Part shown: piece by piece, positions 42,196 through 51,856 of the stretch
How positions within the stretch are numbered: position 1 is the stretch's first letter
Layout of the letters: each line of letters begins with the position of its first letter
Assembly: GCA_041937175.2 (NCBI GenBank)
Contig: CP166615.1
Location: 1,280,001-1,344,000 of the forward strand
Source: Limnothrix sp. BL-A-16
GTDB taxonomy: Bacteria > Cyanobacteriota > Cyanobacteriia > CACIAM-69d
Length of the DNA: 64,000 bases
Direction of reading: 5' to 3'
Made by a program: the position numbers and the translations under genes
The notes under the pieces: generated by a model
What the model was told of the DNA's origin: nothing
Databases searched by the model: none
The model's input: the letters and a program-made list of their open reading frames with translations, nothing else

Positions 42196-44180
42196 TAAGG
42201 GGCTCCAACGGTGATAAAGGCAGACCAGTCCCGAGGATTTGGATGCTGTTTGATGGTTTCCAGCATGGCGCTGCGCAGGGCGACAGCGGTATCGGGATTG
42301 CGCTGAAGTGCTTGATAAAAGGCAATCATCAGCGTTTTGGTGGGGTTGTCGGGCACTTTCCAAAGGGAAGCCACCACCGTGGGCACGCCGGCCACTAGGA
42401 ACGATCGCGCCAGACCCATCACCCCATCACCCGTAATGCGACCCCGACCAGTATTACAAGCACTCAACACCACGAGCTGGGCTTGCAAGCGCATGGTGGC
42501 GATTTCTGCGGCTCGTAACAGACCATCATCCCCTCGGGAGGGAGCCAGGGCCAAGAGGCCGGGCACGGCCGGCTGCACCACCCCTTCCCCCGCTAAGGCG
42601 AGGTTGGCATTGTTGCCATTGACCGTTACGTTGCCGCCAATGATCACAGAGCCAGGGCTGACAATTACGCCGCCGTGGCGAGCTTTGGGGGCGTTGGGAT
42701 CGCGCGGGCGGCCAAACTCGTTCAAATTGGCATCCAGATCCAAGACCCCGTGGGTGGCGAAATGCAGGATCCGTTGATGGGGCATTTCAGCCACGATCGC
42801 GCTTTTGGTGGCTTGATCGGTCAGCAGCGGTTGCACCCCCAGCATTTGAGCCACCGCCTGGGCTTCGGTTTCGGCTCCGGGCAAAGGAGCCAGCCGCTCC
42901 CGTTGGCCGTCGGGGCCGGCGGGCACTTCGGGCATTAAGACCGGGTTACCCACCACCAGGCCGGGCTGGGCCGCAGGGGTTTGCGTTTTACGGCGTTGCT
43001 CAGCAATGGCTAACACCTGAAGGGATGGCGTTGTGGCGATCGTCTGGGTTTGAACCAGGTAATCGCCGTTGGGATTCTGGAGGGCCGCAAAGGGAACCAG
43101 GTTAGTGGCCCCTTGCACCACAAACACCAAACGCTGTTTGGGATCGCGGGGCAATTGAGGGGCGATCGGGGCGATCAACAATTGGTAGAGTCGTTTTAGC
43201 TCGGTGGTGGCGCTGTCGGCGGTGGGTAACACAGCGGTCATGGCTCCCCGGGCCGCCAACACCAATTCCGTGAGGGATTTGGCGGACACTTGGGCGAGAT
43301 CCACCTCCTTGAAGGCGATCGACCCATTGGGTTGCACGGTCCAAATGGCGACGATCGAGTCGTCTTCCAATTCATCACCAATAATCTTCGGGGTTTTGCC
43401 CAAGACCGCATAGGTGACGAGGGTCGCGTTGAGCTGTTTGGCCAGTTGGCGAATTTGCCCGATCGACAGGGATTCAGTTGTGGGCTGGCGGGCGGCCTGT
43501 TGCATCAACACTTCCACCAGCGCCCGGGCCCGACCCCGTTCGGCCCACTCCAGGGCCGCCTCAGTTTTGCCTTGGACAATCAGCGTTCGCAACAGTTGGC
43601 GATAGGCGTAGCTTTGTTGTTCCAGCAGCGTCACCCGTTGAATATCGTTTAAGTCGCCGCTGGCTCGTTTGGTTTCCCAAGACTGAATCGCCATCAACAG
43701 ATGCTTTTCGGCGGCCGCATAGTCGCGGGTGCGATATTCCGCAATGGCCAACCGACTCAGCCAAGTTTCGTTGCCCGGGTTCCCGTTGGCAAAACGCCGC
43801 AACAGGGGAATGGCCTCCGCATCCCGCCCCAACAGCATCAGACATTGGGCCAGGGGGCCAACGGCCTCGGGGCGATTCCCGCCCCCTTGGTCGATCGCCT
43901 GTTGGTACAACCGGGCAGCTTCGGCGTATTGATCTTGGCGATAGAACAATTCATCGGCCCGTTGAATGAGGCGATCGACCTCGAGATTTTGGGCCCGGTG
44001 GGGAAGCAGGGGGCGGGACTGGGGCCGTTGATCGTTGGGGATCAAGCGCCCGGCCGCCGTCACGGGCCCGCCGAGGCTGACCGATCCCCCCACGAGCGAG
44101 ATCGTCACCATTGCTAACCAGTGCCATCGCCAAGCCACCATAGGGCGCTCTCCGTTGATTAACCCAAACCGGGCTACCAT
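42195..44180 (-). CDS. TPR plus CHAT (caspase-like peptidase) protein with a signal-like N-terminus
   Basis: AERGRARAL, LYQLLIAPI, catalytic HFATHG and VLSACNTG, VASLWKV, HPNPRDWSAF. Confidence 0.92.
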   Translation of the reverse strand: MVARFGLINGERPMVAWRWHWLAMVTISLVGGSVSLGGPVTAAGRLIPNDQRPQSRPLLPHRAQNLEVDRLIQRADELFYRQDQYAEAARLYQQAIDQGGGNRPEAVGPLAQCLMLLGRDAEAIPLLRRFANGNPGNETWLSRLAIAEYRTRDYAAAEKHLLMAIQSWETKRASGDLNDIQRVTLLEQQSYAYRQLLRTLIVQGKTEAALEWAERGRARALVEVLMQQAARQPTTESLSIGQIRQLAKQLNATLVTYAVLGKTPKIIGDELEDDSIVAIWTVQPNGSIAFKEVDLAQVSAKSLTELVLAARGAMTAVLPTADSATTELKRLYQLLIAPIAPQLPRDPKQRLVFVVQGATNLVPFAALQNPNGDYLVQTQTIATTPSLQVLAIAEQRRKTQTPAAQPGLVVGNPVLMPEVPAGPDGQRERLAPLPGAETEAQAVAQMLGVQPLLTDQATKSAIVAEMPHQRILHFATHGVLDLDANLNEFGRPRDPNAPKARHGGVIVSPGSVIIGGNVTVNGNNANLALAGEGVVQPAVPGLLALAPSRGDDGLLRAAEIATMRLQAQLVVLSACNTGRGRITGDGVMGLARSFLVAGVPTVVASLWKVPDNPTKTLMIAFYQALQRNPDTAVALRSAMLETIKQHPNPRDWSAFITVGAP

Positions 44181-44238
44181 GACTGCAATTCCACTTCTGT
44201 TCTATCAGATCCATCAGCTCTGTCCGATTGCGCTGCCC

Positions 44239-45774
44239 ATGGCTCGGTTGCCCCGCTTAAGTTTTGATCGCGGCACTCTGATTTTGCATCCACCGCCCAA
44301 GGGCCGCAGTTGGATTGAATGGGCCGTTTGGGACGATCGAATCGAAAAGTTTCGGATTCCGGCGCATCAATACCGATCGCTGGTGGAACGCTTGCGGGCC
44401 GAGGCGATCGAGTTTCAGGACGAGGCCAAGGAATTTGCCCCCCTGGAACTGCAACCCCGGTTGCAAATGGAACCCTATCCCCACCAGCAGGAGGCCCTAG
44501 CGGCCTGGAAACAGGCGGGTCGCCAAGGGGTGGTGGTGTTGCCAACGGCGGCGGGCAAAACCTACTTAGCCCAAATGGCCATGGTGGCTACACCGCGCAG
44601 CACGTTGGTGATTGTGCCCACGCTGGATTTGATGCACCAGTGGTATGCCCATTGGTCGGCGGCGTTTCCCGATGTGGCGGTGGGGTTGTTGGGGGGTGGC
44701 TCGCGCGATCGAACGCCCCTGTTGGTGGCCACCTACGACAGCGCCGCCATCCATGCCGAAACCCTGGGCAATCAGTATGGTCTGTTGATTTTTGATGAAT
44801 GTCATCACCTGCCCAGCCAGTTTTATCGGGCGATCGCCGATTGTTCGATCGCCCCGTACCGATTGGGGCTAACGGCCACGCCCGATCGGGCGGATGGTCG
44901 CCATGTGGATTTGGATGAGCTGATTGGGCCCGAGGTCTATCGCAAAGCGCCGGAGGACTTGTCGGGCAAAGCCTTAGCCGATCACGAGGTGGTGCAAATT
45001 CGGGTGAATTTAGCTGATCGGGAGCGGGCCCGCTACGAGGCCTTGATTCAAACCCGAAATCAATTTTTGCGATCGCAGAAAATTAGCTTTGGCTCCCTGG
45101 ATGGTTGGCAGCGGTTTATTCAGGTTTCTGCCCGATCGGCCGAAGGCCGCCGGGCCTTGCTGGCGCACCACGAGGCCAAGGCGATCGCCCTCGGCACCGA
45201 TGGCAAATTGCGCCTATTAGCGGATTTATTGGCTCAACATCACCCCGATCGGGTGTTGATTTTCACCAACGACAACGCCACGGTCTATCGAATTTCCCAG
45301 GAATTCTTGATCCCCGCCATCACCCACCAAACGCCGGTCAAGGAGCGTCACGAAATTCTGCAAAAGTTCAAACAGGGGGACTATTGCACGATCGTTGTGG
45401 CCAATGTGTTGGATGAAGGGGTAGATGTGCCCGATGCGAAGGTGGCGATTTTCTTGGCGGGCAGTGGTTCCACCCGACAGTTCATTCAGCGGTTAGGGCG
45501 AATTTTGCGCAAGGGCAGTGAACCGGGCAAACGGGCCATTCTTTACGAAGTGGTGGCGGCGGACACGGTGGAGGAACGCACGAGCGATCGCCGCCGCCCC
45601 ACCGCCCCATCGGCAGCCCCACCCGATCGCGCCAAGGGCCAACTCACCTTGCTGCCCAGTCCGTCTTCCGGGCGATCGCCTCTGAAGGCCGCTGAGACCA
45701 AACCTCGCTATGGATCTCGCCAGCCGCCGGAAACGCCTGCGCCCGATCCCGATTCTGAAGAAGCTGAGCAGTAA
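44239..45774 (+). CDS. Superfamily II DEAH helicase (XPB/Rad25-like)
   Basis: LPTAAGKT, DECHH, GLTATP, LDEGVDVP, QRLGRILR. ATG 44239 avoids the overlap with the CHAT gene. Confidence 0.93.
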   Translation: MARLPRLSFDRGTLILHPPPKGRSWIEWAVWDDRIEKFRIPAHQYRSLVERLRAEAIEFQDEAKEFAPLELQPRLQMEPYPHQQEALAAWKQAGRQGVVVLPTAAGKTYLAQMAMVATPRSTLVIVPTLDLMHQWYAHWSAAFPDVAVGLLGGGSRDRTPLLVATYDSAAIHAETLGNQYGLLIFDECHHLPSQFYRAIADCSIAPYRLGLTATPDRADGRHVDLDELIGPEVYRKAPEDLSGKALADHEVVQIRVNLADRERARYEALIQTRNQFLRSQKISFGSLDGWQRFIQVSARSAEGRRALLAHHEAKAIALGTDGKLRLLADLLAQHHPDRVLIFTNDNATVYRISQEFLIPAITHQTPVKERHEILQKFKQGDYCTIVVANVLDEGVDVPDAKVAIFLAGSGSTRQFIQRLGRILRKGSEPGKRAILYEVVAADTVEERTSDRRRPTAPSAAPPDRAKGQLTLLPSPSSGRSPLKAAETKPRYGSRQPPETPAPDPDSEEAEQ

Positions 45775-45861
45775 CGGAGGGGACTTGCAAAGCATCGATC
45801 ACCCTCGGGACAAACAGAGGGGATCTGCAAAGCACCGATCACAGTTGGGACAAAGGGCTTA

Positions 45862-46003
45862 GGGCCTGTCGTCAAATCACCTGAAGCCCTGATTCCACCG
45901 TTAGCAGATCGTGGAGGACAAGATGCTCAAGCCCCTTGTTACGACGATTGGGGCATGGAAAATCAACCGTTGTTGTCTGATCTCAGGAAATGACGACAGG
46001 GCT
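45862..46003. mobile_element. MITE family B, copy 2 (142 bp), inside a stand-alone palindrome
   Basis: ACAAAGGGCT-TA|GGGCCTGTCGTC...GACGACAGGGCT|TC-AGCCCCTTGT; interior alignable to 41986-42128. Confidence 0.8.
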
Positions 46004-46040
46004 TCAGCCCCTTGTCTGCATTTCGAGCCTGGCGTGGAAT

Positions 46041-47447
46041 TTAGAGCGCATTACGCAGTTCCCGCAATTGTTGCAAACCGGCTTGATCCTGTCGATCGCG
46101 GTAGATCACTTCCGCCGCCTGGAGATCTGCCCGCGCCGCCCCCCGATCGCCCCGGGAGCGATGGGCCCTCGCTCGATTCAACAGGACGTTGGCATAGGTG
46201 GGCTGTAACCGCAGGGCCTCGGAATAATCCGCGATCGCCCCGAGCCAATCGCGCATTCCGGCCCGGGCTAACCCCCTGGCATGGAAGGCTTCCGCATAGT
46301 CCACATTCACCCGCAGGGCCGCTGAATAGTCCGCGATCGCAGCTTCAAAGTTGCGTCGCTGATGATAAACCATCCCTCGGTTGACATAGGCATTGGCATA
46401 GAGCGGATCCAGTTCGATCGCCCGGTTCAAGTCCGCCAGGGCCTCCCGAATTTGTCCCATTTGGAAATAGCCTAACCCGCGTAGGTTATAGGCTTCGGCC
46501 ACTTGGGGATCCACCGCGATCGCCTGGCCGTAGTCGGCCATGGCCCGGTTGCGATCGCCCGCAATGTGGCGCAACAGGCCGCGCTTCACCCAGCCGCTGG
46601 CCTGTTGGGGCCGCAGGGCCACCACCCGATCCAAATCCGCCGCCGCGCCCGGGCGATCGCCCCGGTCAAACCGCAACACGCCACGATTAAACAGGGCTTC
46701 CGCCGATTGGGGATTCCGGTCGATCGCCGCGTCAAAATCCGCCAAGGCCGCCGCCCCGTCGCCCCGTTGGCGGTGAACCGTTCCCCGGTTGATGTAGGCA
46801 TTCACATAGTTGGGATCGAGGGCGATCGCCCGATCGTAATCCGCCAAAGCCGCGGCCCAATCTTGTTGATCGCGATAGGCATTGCCCCGGTTGTAGTAAA
46901 TGGTTGGGTCATCCGCTTTTTGACTCAGGGCCGCTGAATAGTCTGCGATCGCCCCGGCCAGGTCGCCCCGGGCCCGACGCACCACCCCCCGATTCACCAG
47001 AGCATTAGTCAATTGCGGATCCAAACGCAGGGCTTCGGTATAGTCCGCGATCGCCGCTTCCGCCGCCTGCAAGTTCCATTGGGCATTGCCCCGGCTGTAA
47101 TAGAGCCGAGCCAGTTGGGCGGGGGGCAGTTGACCCGCCGGTTGCAGTTCGATCGCCTTGGAAAAGTCCGCCACTGCCCCGGCGAAGTCGCGACTACGGA
47201 GCCGTTCTTGGGCCCGGTTGGCAAAAAAGTCCGCAGATTCCTGACCGATCGCCCCTTCGGAGTCGGTAGTTTGGGCCATCCAGTGATCGGCAGCCGGAGC
47301 CAAGTTGGGTTGTGGCAGCGACGGCGCGATCGCCCTAGCCGTTGTGGCTAAGCACAAACTCGCAACGGAACCACTGATTAGGATTAGCCCTTTGCGCCAT
47401 TGCCCTTTACGCCACCGTTCTTCACGCCATTGTTCTTGTCTCATCAA
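46041..47447 (-). CDS. Tetratricopeptide repeat protein with signal peptide
   Basis: About 11 repeats of the type AYxNRG...AIADYxxAL. Confidence 0.92.
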   Translation of the reverse strand: MMRQEQWREERWRKGQWRKGLILISGSVASLCLATTARAIAPSLPQPNLAPAADHWMAQTTDSEGAIGQESADFFANRAQERLRSRDFAGAVADFSKAIELQPAGQLPPAQLARLYYSRGNAQWNLQAAEAAIADYTEALRLDPQLTNALVNRGVVRRARGDLAGAIADYSAALSQKADDPTIYYNRGNAYRDQQDWAAALADYDRAIALDPNYVNAYINRGTVHRQRGDGAAALADFDAAIDRNPQSAEALFNRGVLRFDRGDRPGAAADLDRVVALRPQQASGWVKRGLLRHIAGDRNRAMADYGQAIAVDPQVAEAYNLRGLGYFQMGQIREALADLNRAIELDPLYANAYVNRGMVYHQRRNFEAAIADYSAALRVNVDYAEAFHARGLARAGMRDWLGAIADYSEALRLQPTYANVLLNRARAHRSRGDRGAARADLQAAEVIYRDRQDQAGLQQLRELRNAL

Positions 47448-47461
47448 TTTCTCTCAAGCCG

Positions 47462-47920
47462 TTAGGTCAAACTGGGCACGCGATCGACCGCCCGTTGACC
47501 GCCCCAGCGCGAGACGATCGCATCGTCATATTCATCCGCCAAGGACAAAACCGCCTGCACCGATGCTTCCAATTCCGGGCGATCGCACTCAGAACCCACG
47601 ATCGCATGGTTTAGGAAAATATCACCATCGGCATCGATTCCAAAAGCCCCAAACAGCAACCGATCATTCTCACGTAATAGATAGTGCATCAGCTCCGGTG
47701 ACAAATCCACATTGGTCACCACATAGGAGCGCGTGTTCACCACCGCATCATCATCCCCCCAGGGCAACACCTCCACCAACACACAGGCAGAACCGGCGGT
47801 GATGTAAGCCGTGGGATGGGGCGCTTCCATATCAATCACCACATCGGACCAAATCCCTTGGAGCCAAGGAAAAATCTTCTCGTAACAGCTTTTTTGGGCT
47901 TCGGTTTTAAATGTCGCCAT
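47462..47920 (-). CDS. YbjN / T3SS-chaperone-like domain protein
   Basis: LMHYLLREND...FGAFGID.DGDI...ADEYDD.IVSRWGGQRA; ATG 47920 preferred. Confidence 0.85.
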   Translation of the reverse strand: MATFKTEAQKSCYEKIFPWLQGIWSDVVIDMEAPHPTAYITAGSACVLVEVLPWGDDDAVVNTRSYVVTNVDLSPELMHYLLRENDRLLFGAFGIDADGDIFLNHAIVGSECDRPELEASVQAVLSLADEYDDAIVSRWGGQRAVDRVPSLT

Positions 47921-48130
47921 GCGGATCACCCCAAACCTATGTTGAAAAACAATCTCCTCAGCGGCAGATGATCCGCCAGCAACTCCAGCAACGGCCCTGA
48001 ATCGCCAGGGTGGGAGCTTGCTGAATTGGGCCGGCTCGATCGGGCTGCAATATTGCCGTTTTAACAAAAATCCAGAACTCCCGTCCTGATGTGGCCAATC
48101 ATTACAGCTTTTACCGGCTTGCGACTCTAA

Positions 48131-48261
48131 GAGGATGTCTGAGAAGTATCTTTCAGTATGGGCTGAAGATTAATTGTCGTAGGAACAAGGGGCTTAAGCC
48201 CCTTGTCTACATCGATCTCTGGGGCGTACAGAGTAGCAATTTTGGCTTTTCAGACATCCTC
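48131..48261. mobile_element. MITE family A, copy 5 (131 bp)
   Basis: TAA|GAGGATGTCTGAGAAG...ACAAGGGGCTTAAGCCCCTTGT...CTTTTCAGACATCCTC|TAA; overlaps the selO TAG. Confidence 0.9.
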
Positions 48262-49706
48262 TAAGAACCGACCGCCCTCAGCAGTTCCGCGAAGGGTTGC
48301 CAATCGTCGGCCTGGTCGATCGCCTCCCAAACACGCTCAATTTCGGGCCGGACGATCGTGATCAACGGGTTAGCCCGCTGGAGTTGGCCAGCCACGGCCG
48401 CCAAGTCCTGATCCGATTGCTGTTGCAAAATTCGCCCATAAACTTCACACCATTTTCCCCAATAGGCCAGGGTTTCTCCTTGAGGGTTGCTGTCAGCGGG
48501 CCCCACCCAAAAGGGGCGATCGTTGGCATAGTCTTCCGGGCGATCGCGCCAACTGGGGGAAAAATGGCTGCGCAGTTTGGCAAAGAACGCGTGATAGGGC
48601 GTTTGGGAAACGGCCAAAAATTGCACCGTTGCCTCCACCAAATCATCCGCCTCCGTCTCTGCCAAATGCTCAAACCCCAGCCGGGCCGCCATTAACCGGC
48701 GATATTCTTGAGCATATTGTTCTGGGAATCGTTCCAGTCCGGCTTCTAAATCCGCCACCGGCATCACCATCTCCAACGGCCGTTGCAACAGCTCTAAATT
48801 CAGGCGACAAATGGTGGGTTGGTTGCCATAGGCATAGCGGCCGTAATAGTCAAAATAGGCCGCCGTAAATCGCAAATCGTAGGTAGGAATGAAGGCATAG
48901 GGGCCATAGTCGAAACTCTGGCCCGTGATCAACATATTGTCCGTGTTCAAAACCGCATGGCAGAACCCCGCCGCCATCCATTGGGCACAAAGCCGCGCCA
49001 CTCGCTCCACCAATTCCGCATAGAGCTTGGCTTTCCAATCCCGATCGCCCGCCCAATGGCCATAGTAGGTTTCCAGCACATGGGCCAACAGGCGATCGAT
49101 TAAATCGGGCCGCTTCAAATAGTGCAGGCGCTCAAACGTGCCAAATCGAATGTGGCTTTCTCCCATCCGCACAATTACGGACGATCGCGTGGGCGAGGGT
49201 TCATCTCCCCGCCATAGTTTTTCGCCCGTTTCAATCAGTGACAAGGTGCGTGATGTGTTGACCCCCAACCGATCGAGCATCTCCGTCGCCAACACTTCCC
49301 GCACGCCACCCTTGAGGGTTAAGCGCCCATCGCCGTTGCGGGAATAGGGGGTTTGGCCAGATCCTTTCGTGGCCAAATCATAAAGAACGCCGTCTTGGCC
49401 CCGCACTTGGCCATATAAAAACCCCCGTCCATCGCCCAATCGCGGGTTATATTCCCCAAACTGATAGCCGTGGTAACGCATGGCCAGCAGCGGTTCCCGT
49501 CCGACAAATTGCCCAAAGGCCGCCACAAAATCATCGTCACGAACCGCCGCCGGATCTAGCCCCAGCTTCGGCAGCAGGTGATCATTCCGAAAGCGCAATT
49601 GATGCATCGGAAATTCGGCGGCCGCCACCGGGTCAAAATAATCGTCCCCCAGTGACTGAAAAGCGGGTTCGTAATCCAAACGCAGAAATGGATTGGCGGG
49701 GGTCAT
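48261..49706 (-). CDS. selO: Protein adenylyltransferase SelO/YdiU
   Basis: YHGYQFG...[36 protein letters not shown]. Confidence 0.93.
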   Translation of the reverse strand: MTPANPFLRLDYEPAFQSLGDDYFDPVAAAEFPMHQLRFRNDHLLPKLGLDPAAVRDDDFVAAFGQFVGREPLLAMRYHGYQFGEYNPRLGDGRGFLYGQVRGQDGVLYDLATKGSGQTPYSRNGDGRLTLKGGVREVLATEMLDRLGVNTSRTLSLIETGEKLWRGDEPSPTRSSVIVRMGESHIRFGTFERLHYLKRPDLIDRLLAHVLETYYGHWAGDRDWKAKLYAELVERVARLCAQWMAAGFCHAVLNTDNMLITGQSFDYGPYAFIPTYDLRFTAAYFDYYGRYAYGNQPTICRLNLELLQRPLEMVMPVADLEAGLERFPEQYAQEYRRLMAARLGFEHLAETEADDLVEATVQFLAVSQTPYHAFFAKLRSHFSPSWRDRPEDYANDRPFWVGPADSNPQGETLAYWGKWCEVYGRILQQQSDQDLAAVAGQLQRANPLITIVRPEIERVWEAIDQADDWQPFAELLRAVGS

Positions 49707-50137
49707 GGTTATGAATGGGAATCGGTTGGGAATAATTGAGAAAACTAATTTAAGAAATTAAATCGTAACTGTTTGGATCGATCTGGTGGATGATTCACAC
49801 ATTTGCGGTATTCTGGGGTGCGATTATTTGCGGAGTAGCCGCGCAAAGCCTGTTCGCAAGGCATGGTTTTGGGTGCTCACTGCGGGACGATTGACGACCC
49901 AAACAACCGCCGCGATTCTCCCAAAGCAGGGCAGGATTCACGAAAAAATCTTGCCATCTGGGGCCCCCAATTGCGGCGAGTTCAGACCCAGCGCGATCGC
50001 CCATCTGGGCCAAGGCAAGGGCCCGAAAAAGATCCTTCGATCGGGGCCAAGGGCGATCGCCGCGCTGTTGAATTCTACAGTGGGAATGGGCTGGGATCGA
50101 TCGAGCCAGCCAAGGGGTCTGGCAACCTTGAATCTCC

Positions 50138-50581
50138 CTAGATAATGAAATTGCTGTCTTGGCCTTTAGCCGCTTGCCAACTGCGGGCATCAAAGTAAAG
50201 ATCTTCCAGGGAAATTCGATCGAGCGCGTCACCAATTTTCTGAGCCAGCCGCTTCCAGAGCGATCGCATTACCCAATCTTCTGCCAAATCTGCACCCATC
50301 TCTTGCCCCAGCGCAGCGGTGAATGATTCGCCCACCGCCCGCAGAATTTCTCCCAAAAAAATTTCCTTAGGGTCGCGGGCCAGTTGATAGCCACCTCGAG
50401 TGCCCCGCAGCGACTCCACCAGCCCCGCCCGCCGCAGCTCAATGAGCAATTTTTCCAGATAGGGCATTGGAATATTTTGGCGCTGGGCAATGGCGCGGAC
50501 AGGACAAGGGCCAAGACCGCGTTGCAAGGCGAGATCCAGCATCGCTTTGATGCTGTAGCGTCCGCGAGCAGTTAGCTTCAT
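50138..50581 (-). CDS. Rrf2 family transcriptional regulator without Fe-S Cys ligands (Slr0846-like)
   Basis: MKLTARGRYSIKAMLDL, YLEKLL, SLRGTRGGYQLA; no C-terminal Cys triad. Confidence 0.9.
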   Translation of the reverse strand: MKLTARGRYSIKAMLDLALQRGLGPCPVRAIAQRQNIPMPYLEKLLIELRRAGLVESLRGTRGGYQLARDPKEIFLGEILRAVGESFTAALGQEMGADLAEDWVMRSLWKRLAQKIGDALDRISLEDLYFDARSWQAAKGQDSNFII

Positions 50582-51186
50582 GGCTGGAACCATGACTCCC
50601 GATCGCCCCGTTTTGCTCCCAGAACCGGCGCTAAATCGCCCCCAGTGCGCCGTTCTTGTGCCGCGAAGATTATCAAGATCATTCCTCAAGTTTGCTGCCG
50701 ACCACGGTGCTTCAATGGCTCAAGAACGCCAGAATCGCCATCTGATCTTGCAAAATTCTGATGGTTAATCCCTCCTCAGACGAGAATAGGGATGTTTGGA
50801 GATCCTGTCAGCAGATCTACTGAATCAGACAATCATTGATTTTTTGAAAAAACCACTAGCGATTTAACACAAATCGTGTACCATGATGGAGCCTGATGCT
50901 AGCATGAAATTACCTTCTTGAAGTTTAAAAACACCGCTCGGCTTGGTTGGTGGAACTCATCTCCCCAATCTTCCGATTCAAGCAACTTGTCCCAGGGAAT
51001 CTTTTGGGAATCACTGGGATGTTCAAAGGCGTTTGCTGGCAAGAAGGAAGCTGCCGATCGGAACAATTCCGGTTTGCAGCCATTGCCGCGATCATCTTCG
51101 CCTTTCGCCTGAGATCCGGCAAACGCTGTATCAGTGAATTCATTCATTACTCTCTAGATTGACCAGCCTGTTGGATTAAAACAGCA

Positions 51187-51570
51187 ATGAGCAAGCGCAA
51201 AAAGACCGACCCGCAACCCTTGACCGGTGCCCAACTACTGGAAAAGGTCAAGGAACTGGAAAACGCCAGCAAGGAAGAAAAGGCGCGGGCCTGTGGTTAC
51301 TACACCACGACCAAGGATGGCGTTGATCGCGTCAACATGATGAAGTTCTATAACGCGTTGATTGACGCGGAAGGGATTGAACTCGATAACAAAGCAAAGC
51401 CCAATGGTCGGGGCGGCCGCAGTGCAAGTTATCGGATTACGGTGCAGTCGAATGGCAATTTGTTGATTGGCTCGGCTTACACCAAGCAAATGGATCTGAA
51501 GCCGGGTGATGAGTTTGAAATTACCCTGGGCCGCAAGCATATTCACCTGAAACAGGTGGAAGGCAATTAA
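51187..51570 (+). CDS. Cyanobacterial AbrB-like regulator (probably cyAbrB2/CalB clade)
   Basis: PLTG..LL.KVKEL, ACGYY, RVNMMKF, VQSNGNLLIGSAYT, LGRKHIHL. Confidence 0.92.
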   Translation: MSKRKKTDPQPLTGAQLLEKVKELENASKEEKARACGYYTTTKDGVDRVNMMKFYNALIDAEGIELDNKAKPNGRGGRSASYRITVQSNGNLLIGSAYTKQMDLKPGDEFEITLGRKHIHLKQVEGN

Positions 51571-51856
51571 GCTCGAATCTGGTTGTTTCGGCTAATCGTT
51601 ATCGTGACGATTTCCATTGAGCATGGCGTGATCATGCAGTGCGCATGATCCAGTTGCATGATCAATGCATGATCAATCGGTCATCAGGAATGCTGACTGA
51701 CAAGGGGCCTTGGCCCCTTGTTTTGTTTTGCGGGTGTTTGGCTGTGGAGCGATCGGGCTGTGGAGTTGGTGACGGATTGGCTCTTTTGTTTCTCACATCG
51801 AGTGAACCAGGCGTGCGGCCCTGCGCCCGCTGGCAGATCCTATGGCGCGGAAATGG

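Noticed and set aside
23438..48261. Recurring palindromic repeats as a CRISPR array
   Set aside because: They are dispersed over tens of kb with TIR/TSD structure, there is no repeat-spacer periodicity, and no cas genes are present.
48261..48263. Selenocysteine at the SelO C-terminus
   Set aside because: The stop is TAG, not TGA, and the downstream hairpin belongs to a MITE.
50899..51162. Several overlapping 64-82 aa ORFs between the rrf2 and abrB genes
   Set aside because: No recognisable motif, mutually overlapping, and located in a divergent promoter region.
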